Shown here: piece after piece, positions 42,680 to 51,695 of the stretch
Position numbering within the stretch: position 1 is the first letter of the stretch
Layout: each line of letters begins with the position of its first letter
NCBI GenBank assembly: GCA_963662285.2
Contig: CAXXMV010000008.1
Span: 1,344,001 to 1,408,000, forward strand
DNA: 64,000 nucleotides
Direction of reading: 5' to 3'
Source of the DNA: a bacterium
GTDB taxonomy: Bacteria > Hinthialibacterota > Hinthialibacteria > Hinthialibacterales > Hinthialibacteraceae
The notes under the pieces: generated by a model
The model's input: the letters and a program-made list of their open reading frames with translations, nothing else
Databases searched by the model: none
Told to the model about the DNA's origin: nothing
Program-made: the position numbers and the translations under genes

Positions 42680-43933
42680 TTAACGTAGATTAATACGATC
42701 CACTTCGTCCCACTCGCTCATATCAGAAAGAATGATTTTGTCGCCTTCATCCAATCCATCCAGAACCTCGACGGTATTCACCGAACTGCGCCCCAGTTTT
42801 ACTCTGACGCGGTTGGCGTTGGCGCCATCTTCGTTCAGTTTAAATATGCCGAGAGTAACATTGGGCTGAGCAAATACAGGTCGACCGACATAAAGAATAT
42901 TGGTTAACTTTTCAATCTGGATATTACCATCCAGCGTCTGATCGGGGCGCGCCCCGTCCGGCAGAGGATCATCAAGGATAATGTCAACTTCAACGGTTCC
43001 CTCTCTGACCGATGGATCGATGCGGGAAACTTTTCCATTTAAAACCGTGCTGCGTATATCGATCTTGGAGGATAAACCAATCTTGACTTCCCTGGCCTGG
43101 TTCTGATCAATACGCAAGACCGCTTTCAATAATGAAGGATCGCTGACTTTGGCCAGATTGGTGATCGAACTGACCTGATGGCCTTCTTCGACCAGCAGTT
43201 GTTCCAGCACTCCATCGAACCCGGCTATCACCATCAACGACTGAATTTGTCTTTCTTTCAGACCCAGCGACGCTTGGGCCTGTTCGATCTGGGCTTGTAA
43301 AACATCCAATTGCGTTTGGGAGAACTGGCTTTGGATGTTAACCCGTCTTTTTTCGATTTCCTTTAGTTTTTCAAGTTCTTTGACGCGAACTAACGATACT
43401 TGAAGTTGTAGATCGGAGATTAATCCATCTTTGGCCAGTTGAGTATCCGACTTGGATTTCAACCGCGCTTCGACCAGATCAGCATCTACCCGCGCAGCTG
43501 CACTTTCGAGGTTCAGTAGGGTGTTTTCCAGTTCAACCTTTTTAGCCGCTAACTGCGATTCCGCTGATTTTACTCTTAACTTGGCTTCTTCGAGGGCTAA
43601 TTCCAGTTCGGGATTACTTAGTTCCAGAATTATGGTGTCTTTAGTGACTGAGGTTCCGGGACGAACCAGAATCTTCTCCACCCGGCCCGCGGTTTCCGGC
43701 GCCACCCAGCGGATATCAATCGGAACCAAACTGCCCGGCCCCCGTACTTCGCGGATCATGTCGCCGCGTTTGACTTGCTCGACCCACAAAATCGCCCGGT
43801 CTACAGTAGGCGAAGCCGGTTCGAGATCTGATAGAGCAACCGTTATTCCACCGATTACCATTAGGGATATAACGATGTAAATAATGCGTTTAATCAATTT
43901 TCTTTTTTTTGATGATGGTCTTGGGATGTCCAT
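42680..43933 (-). CDS. Efflux periplasmic adaptor / membrane fusion protein (HlyD/MacA family)
   Basis: MDIPRP start and N-terminal TM; VKRGDMIREVRGPG; lipoyl half-motifs GRVEKILVRPG and AGFDGVL; long coiled coil; GLDEGDKIILSD. Confidence 0.93.
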   Translation of the reverse strand: MDIPRPSSKKRKLIKRIIYIVISLMVIGGITVALSDLEPASPTVDRAILWVEQVKRGDMIREVRGPGSLVPIDIRWVAPETAGRVEKILVRPGTSVTKDTIILELSNPELELALEEAKLRVKSAESQLAAKKVELENTLLNLESAAARVDADLVEARLKSKSDTQLAKDGLISDLQLQVSLVRVKELEKLKEIEKRRVNIQSQFSQTQLDVLQAQIEQAQASLGLKERQIQSLMVIAGFDGVLEQLLVEEGHQVSSITNLAKVSDPSLLKAVLRIDQNQAREVKIGLSSKIDIRSTVLNGKVSRIDPSVREGTVEVDIILDDPLPDGARPDQTLDGNIQIEKLTNILYVGRPVFAQPNVTLGIFKLNEDGANANRVRVKLGRSSVNTVEVLDGLDEGDKIILSDMSEWDEVDRINLR

Positions 43934-43963
43934 ATAAATACACCTCTTTTACCGTACTCTTAC

Positions 43964-43979
43964 TCAAGTAATGTGCCAA
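43964..43979 (-). promoter_or_regulatory. Putative sigma54 (-24/-12) promoter of the efflux operon
   Basis: Minus strand TTGGCAC-ATTAC-TTGA about 30 nt upstream of the adaptor ATG. It matches TGGCAC-N5-TTGC except for A in place of the -12 C. A sigma54 activator gene lies nearby. Confidence 0.65.
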
Positions 43980-44054
43980 TTGATGTAAATAATTGATATC
44001 CATATACTTGAACATCTTAAAGCGATTCAAAGAAAACAAACATGTAATTATTAA

Positions 44055-44092
44055 TGTCCGTCAGCGTACGGTTGGTTGTCCGAAAACGGACA
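44055..44092. promoter_or_regulatory. Tandem palindromic upstream activator sites (TGTCCG-N4-CGGACA)
   Basis: Perfect site TGTCCGAAAACGGACA (44077-44092) and degenerate site TGTCCGTCAGCGTACG (44055-44070), 22 bp apart, about 80-110 bp upstream of the sigma54 motif. Confidence 0.65.
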
Positions 44093-44129
44093 TTAGCCCT
44101 GATTTTTAATCCAAGTTTTTTGCTAACAA

Positions 44130-44172
44130 CCCCCTCTTGTGTGAATTCTCCCCCAAACTTGGGGGAGAGGGG
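44130..44172. repeat. REP-like palindrome
   Basis: CCCCTC..TCTCCCCCAAACTTGGGGGAGAGGGG; stem TCTCCCCCAA/TTGGGGGAGA; related to 42593..42628. Confidence 0.7.
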
Positions 44173-44208
44173 TTTTAGAGATATAACCAGTTATATTGTT
44201 TTGACTTG

Positions 44209-44259
44209 ACTGGGTGCCAAGGGCAAGACCGCAATGCGGTCAGCCCTTGATCAAACCAC
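44209..44259 (-). repeat. 51-bp hairpin (REP-like) repeat, copy B, inverted relative to copy A
   Basis: Reverse complement is GTGGTTTGATCAAGGGCTGACCGCATTGCGGTCTTGCCCTTGGCACCCAGT. Confidence 0.85.
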
Positions 44260-44305
44260 TTAAGATAGGATGAAAATACCTTAACTTAATGATATTGCCT
44301 TTCAT

Positions 44306-44391
44306 GGGCGCCCGATATATCAGGCGCCCTGAGAAATTGAAAAAGCTAAAGGGGATTTGTAATCGGGTAACCACAAGGGATTACCCCTACG
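44306..44391. repeat. Two further REP-like hairpins (including a GTAG-type)
   Basis: GGGCGCCCGATATATCAGGCGCCC and CGGGTAACCACAAGGGATTACCCCTAC; the reverse complement of the latter begins GTAGGGGTAATCCCTTGTGGTTACCC. Confidence 0.65.
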
Positions 44392-44443
44392 GTTATTTGG
44401 GAGAGGTTAGGTTAGGTTTGATATCAACCACATTTTTTTAGGG

Positions 44444-45829
44444 TTAAATAGGCAGATAAAGTTTAGCGATGCATCCCTGACAATCAGTGCGGTTTTCGAG
44501 CATGAGGTTTCCGCCATGCGCTTCAGCAATCTGGCGGCTGATCATAAGACCCAAACCTGAGCCTTTCGGTTTGGTTGTAAAGAAGGGCACGAATAAGTTA
44601 TCAGGATTTGAAATCCCGACGCCTTGATCTTCGACGAAGATTACCAGATAACGATTGGGTTTGGTTTGAATAGACCAGCCGACTCGAACATCGCCCCCGG
44701 TTTCCTCAACCGCTTCGATAGCATTTTTTATCAGATTTATTAGAACCTGATCCAATTGAGCGCGGTCTGCTTTGATTATTATCGAAGAGCCGGTTATTAG
44801 TGAAACGCATGGATTTGGTTCAAGGTTTACAATAGATTGTATCCACTCGGCTACATTGATCGGCTGCAAGTCGGGCTTAGGCAGTTTGGTCAGCTGGGCG
44901 TAAGAAGCCATAAAGCGATTCAAACCCTCGGATCGACCTGTAATGACATTCAAACCCTGGGCGACGTCATCTTCCCAATCATCAGGCCTTGGGTCGCGCG
45001 ATAATAAATTTCGCAGACTATCGGCTAATGAATGAATAGGCGCCAGGGAATTATTGATCTCATGACGAAGCACCTGCACCAGGCGCTTCCAGGCCTGACG
45101 TTCTTCAGAACGTAATGCGCGGGTTAAATCCGACAGCACCACCAGTTGATGCGATTGCCCCTGAAGCCGGAATTCACCCCGGCGCAGTTCCCATCTTCCA
45201 ATACCCCCCGGTAAGGAGAGTTCCTGGATGCGAGGCGACTCGCCTTCCAGTACTCCGCCAAGACCCAGTTCATCGGCGATTCTGCCCTGAAGCGCTGAAT
45301 CAGGCGTATCGAGCAGTTGCTGCGCCCGGTTATTAAATAAGCGCAGTTTTTTCCGGTTATCAAAAGCCAGGATAGCTACATCGATTTCATCCATTACTTT
45401 CCGTAGAAGAGTAGTCGATTCCATAGCGCTGATGCGTTGCGCGCGCAGCGTATCGCCCAAGGCGTTAATTTCTCTGGCGACTTCCTGCAAGACATCATCT
45501 CCGGCGCCGCGTACTGAACGCATCGAATAATCGCCTTCATGATAAGCCGCCAATAGACTGGATATGGTTCGCATAGTGCTAACGATTCGTTCTCTCACCG
45601 CAAATGAGAAGCCAAACCAGAACAGCATAACGAACAAAGTAACGGTAAGTTGCAGCTTAAAACTATAATCTCCTGACCATATTAAGAACAACGCGATAAA
45701 CGAACCGGGAAATCCGGCCAAAAGGGTGGATAATAGAATCCGGGTTTCATAATACAAAAAATGCCTGGCGGAGGGGATGCGCTTGGAATTTGGATTGCCT
45801 GATGGAGAACGGGGGACGTTATATATCAT
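44444..45829 (-). CDS. Membrane sensor histidine kinase (NtrY-like) with PAS
   Basis: Two N-terminal TMs; AWKRLVQVLRHEINNSL; QVLINLIKNA; EDQGVG; FFTTKPKGSGLGL. Overlaps the regulator stop. Confidence 0.93.
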   Translation of the reverse strand: MIYNVPRSPSGNPNSKRIPSARHFLYYETRILLSTLLAGFPGSFIALFLIWSGDYSFKLQLTVTLFVMLFWFGFSFAVRERIVSTMRTISSLLAAYHEGDYSMRSVRGAGDDVLQEVAREINALGDTLRAQRISAMESTTLLRKVMDEIDVAILAFDNRKKLRLFNNRAQQLLDTPDSALQGRIADELGLGGVLEGESPRIQELSLPGGIGRWELRRGEFRLQGQSHQLVVLSDLTRALRSEERQAWKRLVQVLRHEINNSLAPIHSLADSLRNLLSRDPRPDDWEDDVAQGLNVITGRSEGLNRFMASYAQLTKLPKPDLQPINVAEWIQSIVNLEPNPCVSLITGSSIIIKADRAQLDQVLINLIKNAIEAVEETGGDVRVGWSIQTKPNRYLVIFVEDQGVGISNPDNLFVPFFTTKPKGSGLGLMISRQIAEAHGGNLMLENRTDCQGCIAKLYLPI

Positions 45830-47186
45830 ATTTTTCCATGCGGCGATACATTGCCGGGCGGCTCATTCCCAGCGCTTTGGCTGCTTTGCTTACATTGCCT
45901 TCGCTGCGGGCCATGGCTTTTTTTATCAGAAAGCACTCAACTTCTTCCAAACTCATATCCATCAAGCCGAGCGATTCCTGAGTTGCGCTTTGCAAACCCA
46001 GGTCTGGAGCGTGAATCGCATCCTTTTTAGCCATCAGGACAGCGCGTTCGATGGTATGATCTAATTCCCGGATGTTGCCCGGCCAGCTGTAATTCAGCAG
46101 TTTTTCCATGGCTTCTCTTTGGATATGCAAAACATCCTTGCGATATTGCCGGGCGTAACGTTTTAGAAAATGAGTGGCCAAAAGAGGAATATCTTCAAGA
46201 CGTTCGCGAAGAGGCGGCAGAAAGATTTCCACCGTATTGAGCCGGTATAATAAATCCTGCCGGAACCGCCCCTGGTTTAATTCCACAGAGATATCTGCGT
46301 TAGTGGCGGACAGAATGCGTACGTTGGTCTTGCGCGTTTTAGATGAACCGATCCGTTCAAATTCTCCGGTTTCCAAAACGCGCAGCAGTTTCGGTTGTTC
46401 CTTAAAAGGTACATCAGCGATTTCATCTAAAAAGAGCGTTCCCTGGTTGGCTAATTCAAAGCGACCCACGCGATCAGTCTTGGCGTCGGTAAATGCGCCT
46501 TTGACGTGCCCGAAGAGTTCGCTGGCAAAAACGCCTTCGGATAATCCACCCACATTTACGGTAATTAATGGTTCATTGCACTGCTTTGATGCGGCGTGTA
46601 ATGCACGGGCGACGACGCCTTTGCCAGTTCCATTCTCGCCCAGAATCAATACGTTGGCGTTTGATGGACCAACCCGCTCAATCAATTCCAAAACGGGTTG
46701 CATAGCTGCCGATTTGGCGATGAGGTGAGAGTCTTTTTTCTCACGCAGCAACTGGTTTTCCGCCCGCAGCCGTTTTCCATCACGCAATGCCTTACTGAGT
46801 GCAACCTGCGTTTTAAGAATAGTGAGCAGACGGGTATTATCCCAGGGTTTTTGAATAAAATCCCGGGCGCCCCGTTTCATGGCTTTGACCACAAGTTCAA
46901 TACTGGCCCATCCGGTGATCACCACTACCGGCAGGGTTTCATCCATTTCGCGCAGTTTGGCCAGCAGATTAAGACCTTCTTCTCCCGAAGTAGTGTCACG
47001 GGTGTAATTCATATCCATCAAGACTACGTCGAAATCCCGCTCTGCAACAGATTTAATAATACCCGACGGCGACTGAGCTTCGTGAATATCGAATCCTTCA
47101 CTTTTAAGCATCAATCGAAGAGCGGTCAACACATCGGGCTGATCATCTGCAATTAGTATTTGGAATTGGTTGGATTCAGAAATCAT
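45819..47186 (-). CDS. Sigma54-dependent response regulator (NtrC/Fis family)
   Basis: REC (ADD, DMNY, KPW); GENGTGK; SELFGHVKGAFTDA; LFLDEI; FRQDLLYRL; WPGNIREL; C-terminal Fis HTH. Confidence 0.96.
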   Translation of the reverse strand: MISESNQFQILIADDQPDVLTALRLMLKSEGFDIHEAQSPSGIIKSVAERDFDVVLMDMNYTRDTTSGEEGLNLLAKLREMDETLPVVVITGWASIELVVKAMKRGARDFIQKPWDNTRLLTILKTQVALSKALRDGKRLRAENQLLREKKDSHLIAKSAAMQPVLELIERVGPSNANVLILGENGTGKGVVARALHAASKQCNEPLITVNVGGLSEGVFASELFGHVKGAFTDAKTDRVGRFELANQGTLFLDEIADVPFKEQPKLLRVLETGEFERIGSSKTRKTNVRILSATNADISVELNQGRFRQDLLYRLNTVEIFLPPLRERLEDIPLLATHFLKRYARQYRKDVLHIQREAMEKLLNYSWPGNIRELDHTIERAVLMAKKDAIHAPDLGLQSATQESLGLMDMSLEEVECFLIKKAMARSEGNVSKAAKALGMSRPAMYRRMEKYDI

Positions 47187-47189
47187 ATT

Positions 47190-47837
47190 TTAAGGAAAAA
47201 AAACGATCCGTTCAATTTTTGATTCAACAGCGCCGATCCGGGCCGTGCTGTGCAGCATCAGGGTTGAATTCGTTAATTGGTTTTCAGAGTTTTGCAGTTC
47301 TTTTCTGATCGGCTTGACTTCAATCATTCCGCCATCAAATTCTCTTGGGCTGATAGAGCAAAATTGATCATCTCCATCTAAATCCTGTAGTATATAAATG
47401 ATCATTCCCGCAGCAAGATTTTCTTGCACTGCCGAAATGAGCCTTATTGTGTTTGAATTACCCATTTTACTGAATGGAATAAAATTTCTTAGAGGATCGC
47501 CATTAAAGGAAACAGAACCATTTGACGGTATTTGATTTATATCTCGTACAACAACGTCCTTGGAATTTTTTTTGACATTCTCACTGATTTCAGTACGGCC
47601 TTGAATTTCAAGCAGAGCTAACTGTATAGCGCTTTTGGCTAGATACTTAACCCGCAATGATTGGATGCGGGATGTTTCGGTCGATATCCGGGAATTCACC
47701 ATTAAGGTTAATATTAATCCAATCATAGTTAATAATACAAACACAGGTAGAACCAACAGCAGAGCGATGCCGCTATCCTGTTTGTTGCGGCTGCGTCCTT
47801 GCGTCCATTTTCCAATACTCATCATTACGTTTCTCAC
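47190..47837 (-). CDS. Hypothetical protein with PilX/GspK-like N-terminal pseudopilin segment
   Basis: Basic leader followed by SG|IALLLVLPVFVLLTMIGL, then YLAKSAIQLA, resembling PilX/GspK N-termini. Confidence 0.6.
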   Translation of the reverse strand: MRNVMMSIGKWTQGRSRNKQDSGIALLLVLPVFVLLTMIGLILTLMVNSRISTETSRIQSLRVKYLAKSAIQLALLEIQGRTEISENVKKNSKDVVVRDINQIPSNGSVSFNGDPLRNFIPFSKMGNSNTIRLISAVQENLAAGMIIYILQDLDGDDQFCSISPREFDGGMIEVKPIRKELQNSENQLTNSTLMLHSTARIGAVESKIERIVFFP

Positions 47838-47929
47838 CTAAAATCTTTTGCTTTTGGCCTATGCGGTAATCAGATATCTTATAATACTCTGAATAGTATT
47901 ATAGACCATTCTCATTCGTTATAATCAAC

Positions 47930-49300
47930 TCAAAACTGCCGCCAATTATTAAAACTCATTTCTTTGGAAACGGATACTACGCCTAACACAAAAATTCTAT
48001 CATGGAATTCTCCGACATTGGCGAATTTAATTGATGACCCATGTCCTGATGGATCGGGAATTTCAATGGCTAGTTTCAAATCAACGGATTGATCTACTGC
48101 TGGCGTTAGAATCGCTATATTAATTTGATGAGCGCCAGGCAACCATTGCCGGATATCAATATCTGTTGTCTGGGTTGCAATTACTTCATTATTGCTATTG
48201 AGCCATTTTATATGCAACGGCCAGCGGTAATAAAAGGGCGCTGAACCGACATTTTCAATGTTGAGATTAAGTTCATTTGTACTATTGCTAACTTGATTTT
48301 GGGAGAACCGCGCATTACGAAGCGCAAAGCGATATCCCAGTGAACGCTGCATGGCATCAATGTTCTTTTGATGAGTATCATCACTGGCCTGCATGGTTCC
48401 ACCAGCAGGGCCTAAGTGAGAAAAATGGCCTTCCCGAATAAGCCGGATGCATTTTTCGGGATCAGCCAGAGTCTTAGTTATAGCGCCTGAACCGCCTCCG
48501 CAGAATTCACCGCCAATCGGTTGGGTTTCCCAAATAGACTCTGCCTGGGCGCTCTTGAAACGACTGAAAAAATACCAGTCTTCAGTTCCCTCAGTATCAT
48601 CATAAAAACAATCATCACGATAACCAACCGGTTCCAGGGCAGTCCAGGAATTTGGATAACGCAGCATCATCTTTTTGTTCTTGAATGCCCCGGTAAAACT
48701 ATCCACTATCTCGCGTTGCACTCTCTGCGGAGCAAACAACTCTTCATTAGGATAAGTGTGCCATTCACCCCAATGCCCCAGAATCCCGACATCCAAGAAA
48801 GCCACTCTTGGATCATTGTCATAGCGCTCACCCAATTTCTGAATCAAAAGTTTAACTTTTTCCAAAAATAATGGATTTTTATAATCTGGAGAAAATCCAC
48901 CGCCATATTCTTCATACCGGGTAATGGAGACGCCCGCATCAATCAACCACTGTGGAGTTCCTATCGGGCGCCCCGGATAATCAAGATATATCCGGAAAAC
49001 CGCTTTCATTCCCTGGTTGGTCCAATGATCCCAAATTTCATTTTCCCAGGATTCAAAATCAAACTGCCCTTCCTGAGGTTCCAGACTTCGCCAACTTCGA
49101 TAAGTAAAAAACAGAGTCGTCGGCTGAGGTGGAGAATTTGACCCTTCTCCCCAAACCACCCAACCTTTCAGCGGATTGGCGATAACCTCATGGTGTTCCT
49201 GATATTCCAATTCATATATTTCATTGGCATTGGTTTGAGCGCCGCACAGAAAAGTTACTAACAGCAGGAGAATAAGATAGTTTCCAGGCTTAGAAATCAT
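47930..49300 (-). CDS. Secreted putative glycoside hydrolase (DUF4832-like, TIM barrel + Ig-like)
   Basis: Signal peptide; NPLKGW; WRSLEPQEGQFDF; RYDNDPRVAFLDVGILGHWGEWH; PIGGEF; LGYRF; NVGSAPFYYRW. Confidence 0.75.
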   Translation of the reverse strand: MISKPGNYLILLLLVTFLCGAQTNANEIYELEYQEHHEVIANPLKGWVVWGEGSNSPPQPTTLFFTYRSWRSLEPQEGQFDFESWENEIWDHWTNQGMKAVFRIYLDYPGRPIGTPQWLIDAGVSITRYEEYGGGFSPDYKNPLFLEKVKLLIQKLGERYDNDPRVAFLDVGILGHWGEWHTYPNEELFAPQRVQREIVDSFTGAFKNKKMMLRYPNSWTALEPVGYRDDCFYDDTEGTEDWYFFSRFKSAQAESIWETQPIGGEFCGGGSGAITKTLADPEKCIRLIREGHFSHLGPAGGTMQASDDTHQKNIDAMQRSLGYRFALRNARFSQNQVSNSTNELNLNIENVGSAPFYYRWPLHIKWLNSNNEVIATQTTDIDIRQWLPGAHQINIAILTPAVDQSVDLKLAIEIPDPSGHGSSIKFANVGEFHDRIFVLGVVSVSKEMSFNNWRQF

Positions 49301-49349
49301 GGCAGGAATTCTTTCTTAAAGTGGAAAAAAATAGGTAACTATGCGCGTC

Positions 49350-49370
49350 GTAGGCGGTTTTGAAACCGCC
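49350..49370. repeat. Short GTAG-preceded hairpin downstream of mutL (REP-like or terminator)
   Basis: GTA-GGCGGTTT-TG-AAACCGCC. Confidence 0.5.
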
Positions 49371-49390
49371 GCGGCAGCCCATTATTTCCT

Positions 49391-51454
49391 CTAAAAACCG
49401 GTTCGCTTAAACACTCTCAGTAATGTTTGTTCAGCAATAAACAACAATGCCGGGCGTCCATGGGGGCATACATTGCGGCGCGGGATTTTCTGTAATCCCT
49501 GAATAATGCCTTCCATCTCGTGGATGCTGAGTTCATCTCCGAATTTCACCGCCGCCCGACACGCCAGGGTATGCAGCGCTTTATCTTTGTAATCTTCAGA
49601 ACTGCCTTCATGCCGCACTTCACCCAGAAAATCCTTGATAAACTGTTCGGATTCTTCGATGGTTAACGATGAGGGGATGGATCGAACCACAAAAGTGCTT
49701 CCACCGAACGGCTCGATTATAAAACCAAGTGATTTTAAGAGGTCGGTTATATCTTCAACCAGTCCCACTTCATCCGGCGCGAAATCGAGCGTTATGGGAA
49801 ACAGTAATGTCTGGCTGGCCAGTGGAGCGTTTTTTGATTGATTATGAAATTTCTCAAATAACAGCCGTTCATGCGCTGCGTGTTGATCAATGATGAACAG
49901 GCCGTCTTTACCTTCGGCCATAATGAAATTGTTCATCAGCTGACCCAGAACCACCAACTCACCAGCATCCTCCAGCGAGCGGGCGTCGAAAAGCATATCG
50001 GGCTTTTTGTCGATTTCAATCAAATCGCGGATAGCGCCTAACGTAACTCCTTCCGATCTAACTGGTTTAACATCCTCCGTCGGCGCCGCTGGCGCTTCTA
50101 CCTCGTCAGGTGAATCAGGCTGTTGCATTGCGGTTTGCTCTACCACAGTAGATGATGAGATTACCTCAATGCCGCCGGGCTTAACCTCTTGAACCTCAGG
50201 TTCAGAATTTATGCCTTGGTCTTGGGCAGTGGGGGAACTCTCGTTTGGTATATCAGGTTCCCGGTTTAACTGTTTGATAACGGATGGCTTAAACGGCTCT
50301 GGCGCCGAATGAGGTTCGTGATAAGTCTGTGGTTCAGCATCATTAGTCGACGGCTGCTGAGGCGCGGCGTAAACCGGCGCTTTTTTATCCATCTCTTTAA
50401 GTAGTTGTTCAGTTTCTATAAGTGGATCATCTTCTTGTTTGACCTGATTAACTACTTCTTTTTTAACTTGCGGTTGTACATCCCACGCCTGACGAATCGA
50501 ACCGTATACTGCTGAAAAAATAGCGTCTTCTCTGGCAAATTTAATCTCCTGTTTGGTTGGATGAACATTGACGTCAATCTCCGCCGGATCAATTTCCAGA
50601 TATAAAAATACTACCGGATATCGTCCCCCATGAATCAGGTTGCGGTATCCATTCATCAGGGCGCGGTGCAGCAAGCGGTCTTTGATATAGCGGTTGTTGA
50701 CGAAAAAGAAAACATGTTGAGCGCCATTGCGCGTAAGAGTCGGCCGGGAAATAAAACCTGACAGAGAAATGATCGGATTATCGAGACTTACCGGAATCAT
50801 TTCATCCAGCACTTTTTTACTGAATAACTGTTGAATACGTTCCGCCCGGCTGGAGACACTGGGCAAATCAATCGAACGGCGGCCATTATGCGAAAAAGTG
50901 AAATGAATGTTTTCGTGCGCCAACCCATTCCAGGTTACCGCCGACAAAACATGATTCATCTCTGTGGCCGGTTTCTTAAGAAATTTACGCCGGGCTGGAG
51001 TATTAAAAAATAAATCGCTGATAGTGATGGAAGTTCCAATCCCCGTTCCGATATTTTGCGCTTCTTTTTCGGCGCCTCCTTCACTAATTATCTGCGTACC
51101 CCATTCACTGTCGGCTGGCCGGGTTTTCAAGTCGAGCCGGGATACAGAACTGATCGCGGCCAGCGCTTCGCCCCGGAATCCTTTGGTCAGAATGGCGTCT
51201 AAATCACTGGCATTATGTATTTTACTGGTTGCATGACGCTTGAGGCATATAGCCGCATCTTCCCGCGTCATACCACAGCCATTATCCGTAATGCGGATGG
51301 ATTTCAATCCGCCCTGTTCGATATCCACATCAATACGGGTAGCGCCCGCATCAACCGCGTTATCAATAAGTTCGCGTACTATCGAGGCGGGACGCTCAAC
51401 AACTTCGCCAGCGGCGATTCGATTGGCAATTTCTGGTGGAAGTATATGTATCAT
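49391..51454 (-). CDS. mutL: DNA mismatch repair endonuclease MutL
   Basis: IAAGEVVERPAS, GFRGEAL, DVNVHPTKQE, DQHAAHERLLFE, ACRAAVK, CPHGRP. Confidence 0.98.
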   Translation of the reverse strand: MIHILPPEIANRIAAGEVVERPASIVRELIDNAVDAGATRIDVDIEQGGLKSIRITDNGCGMTREDAAICLKRHATSKIHNASDLDAILTKGFRGEALAAISSVSRLDLKTRPADSEWGTQIISEGGAEKEAQNIGTGIGTSITISDLFFNTPARRKFLKKPATEMNHVLSAVTWNGLAHENIHFTFSHNGRRSIDLPSVSSRAERIQQLFSKKVLDEMIPVSLDNPIISLSGFISRPTLTRNGAQHVFFFVNNRYIKDRLLHRALMNGYRNLIHGGRYPVVFLYLEIDPAEIDVNVHPTKQEIKFAREDAIFSAVYGSIRQAWDVQPQVKKEVVNQVKQEDDPLIETEQLLKEMDKKAPVYAAPQQPSTNDAEPQTYHEPHSAPEPFKPSVIKQLNREPDIPNESSPTAQDQGINSEPEVQEVKPGGIEVISSSTVVEQTAMQQPDSPDEVEAPAAPTEDVKPVRSEGVTLGAIRDLIEIDKKPDMLFDARSLEDAGELVVLGQLMNNFIMAEGKDGLFIIDQHAAHERLLFEKFHNQSKNAPLASQTLLFPITLDFAPDEVGLVEDITDLLKSLGFIIEPFGGSTFVVRSIPSSLTIEESEQFIKDFLGEVRHEGSSEDYKDKALHTLACRAAVKFGDELSIHEMEGIIQGLQKIPRRNVCPHGRPALLFIAEQTLLRVFKRTGF

Positions 51455-51695
51455 TTATCTCTTGTCATCTTAACGGTTTTAGTGATTTCTGTTAATTATA
51501 TGCTTGAATTTCCCGGCGATCTAATTGGACAAAATACGCCGATATTTGCATTATGTCACTAATAATGCAACTGTCTAGCCGATTTCAAGTTACATTGTTC
51601 CGATTCCCTGTAGACATAACCATTATCAAAGTGCTAAAGTGCATCCGTGTAATAAATAAGTTTTGTAAAATCAGAAACAATAAGGAGACAATGAG

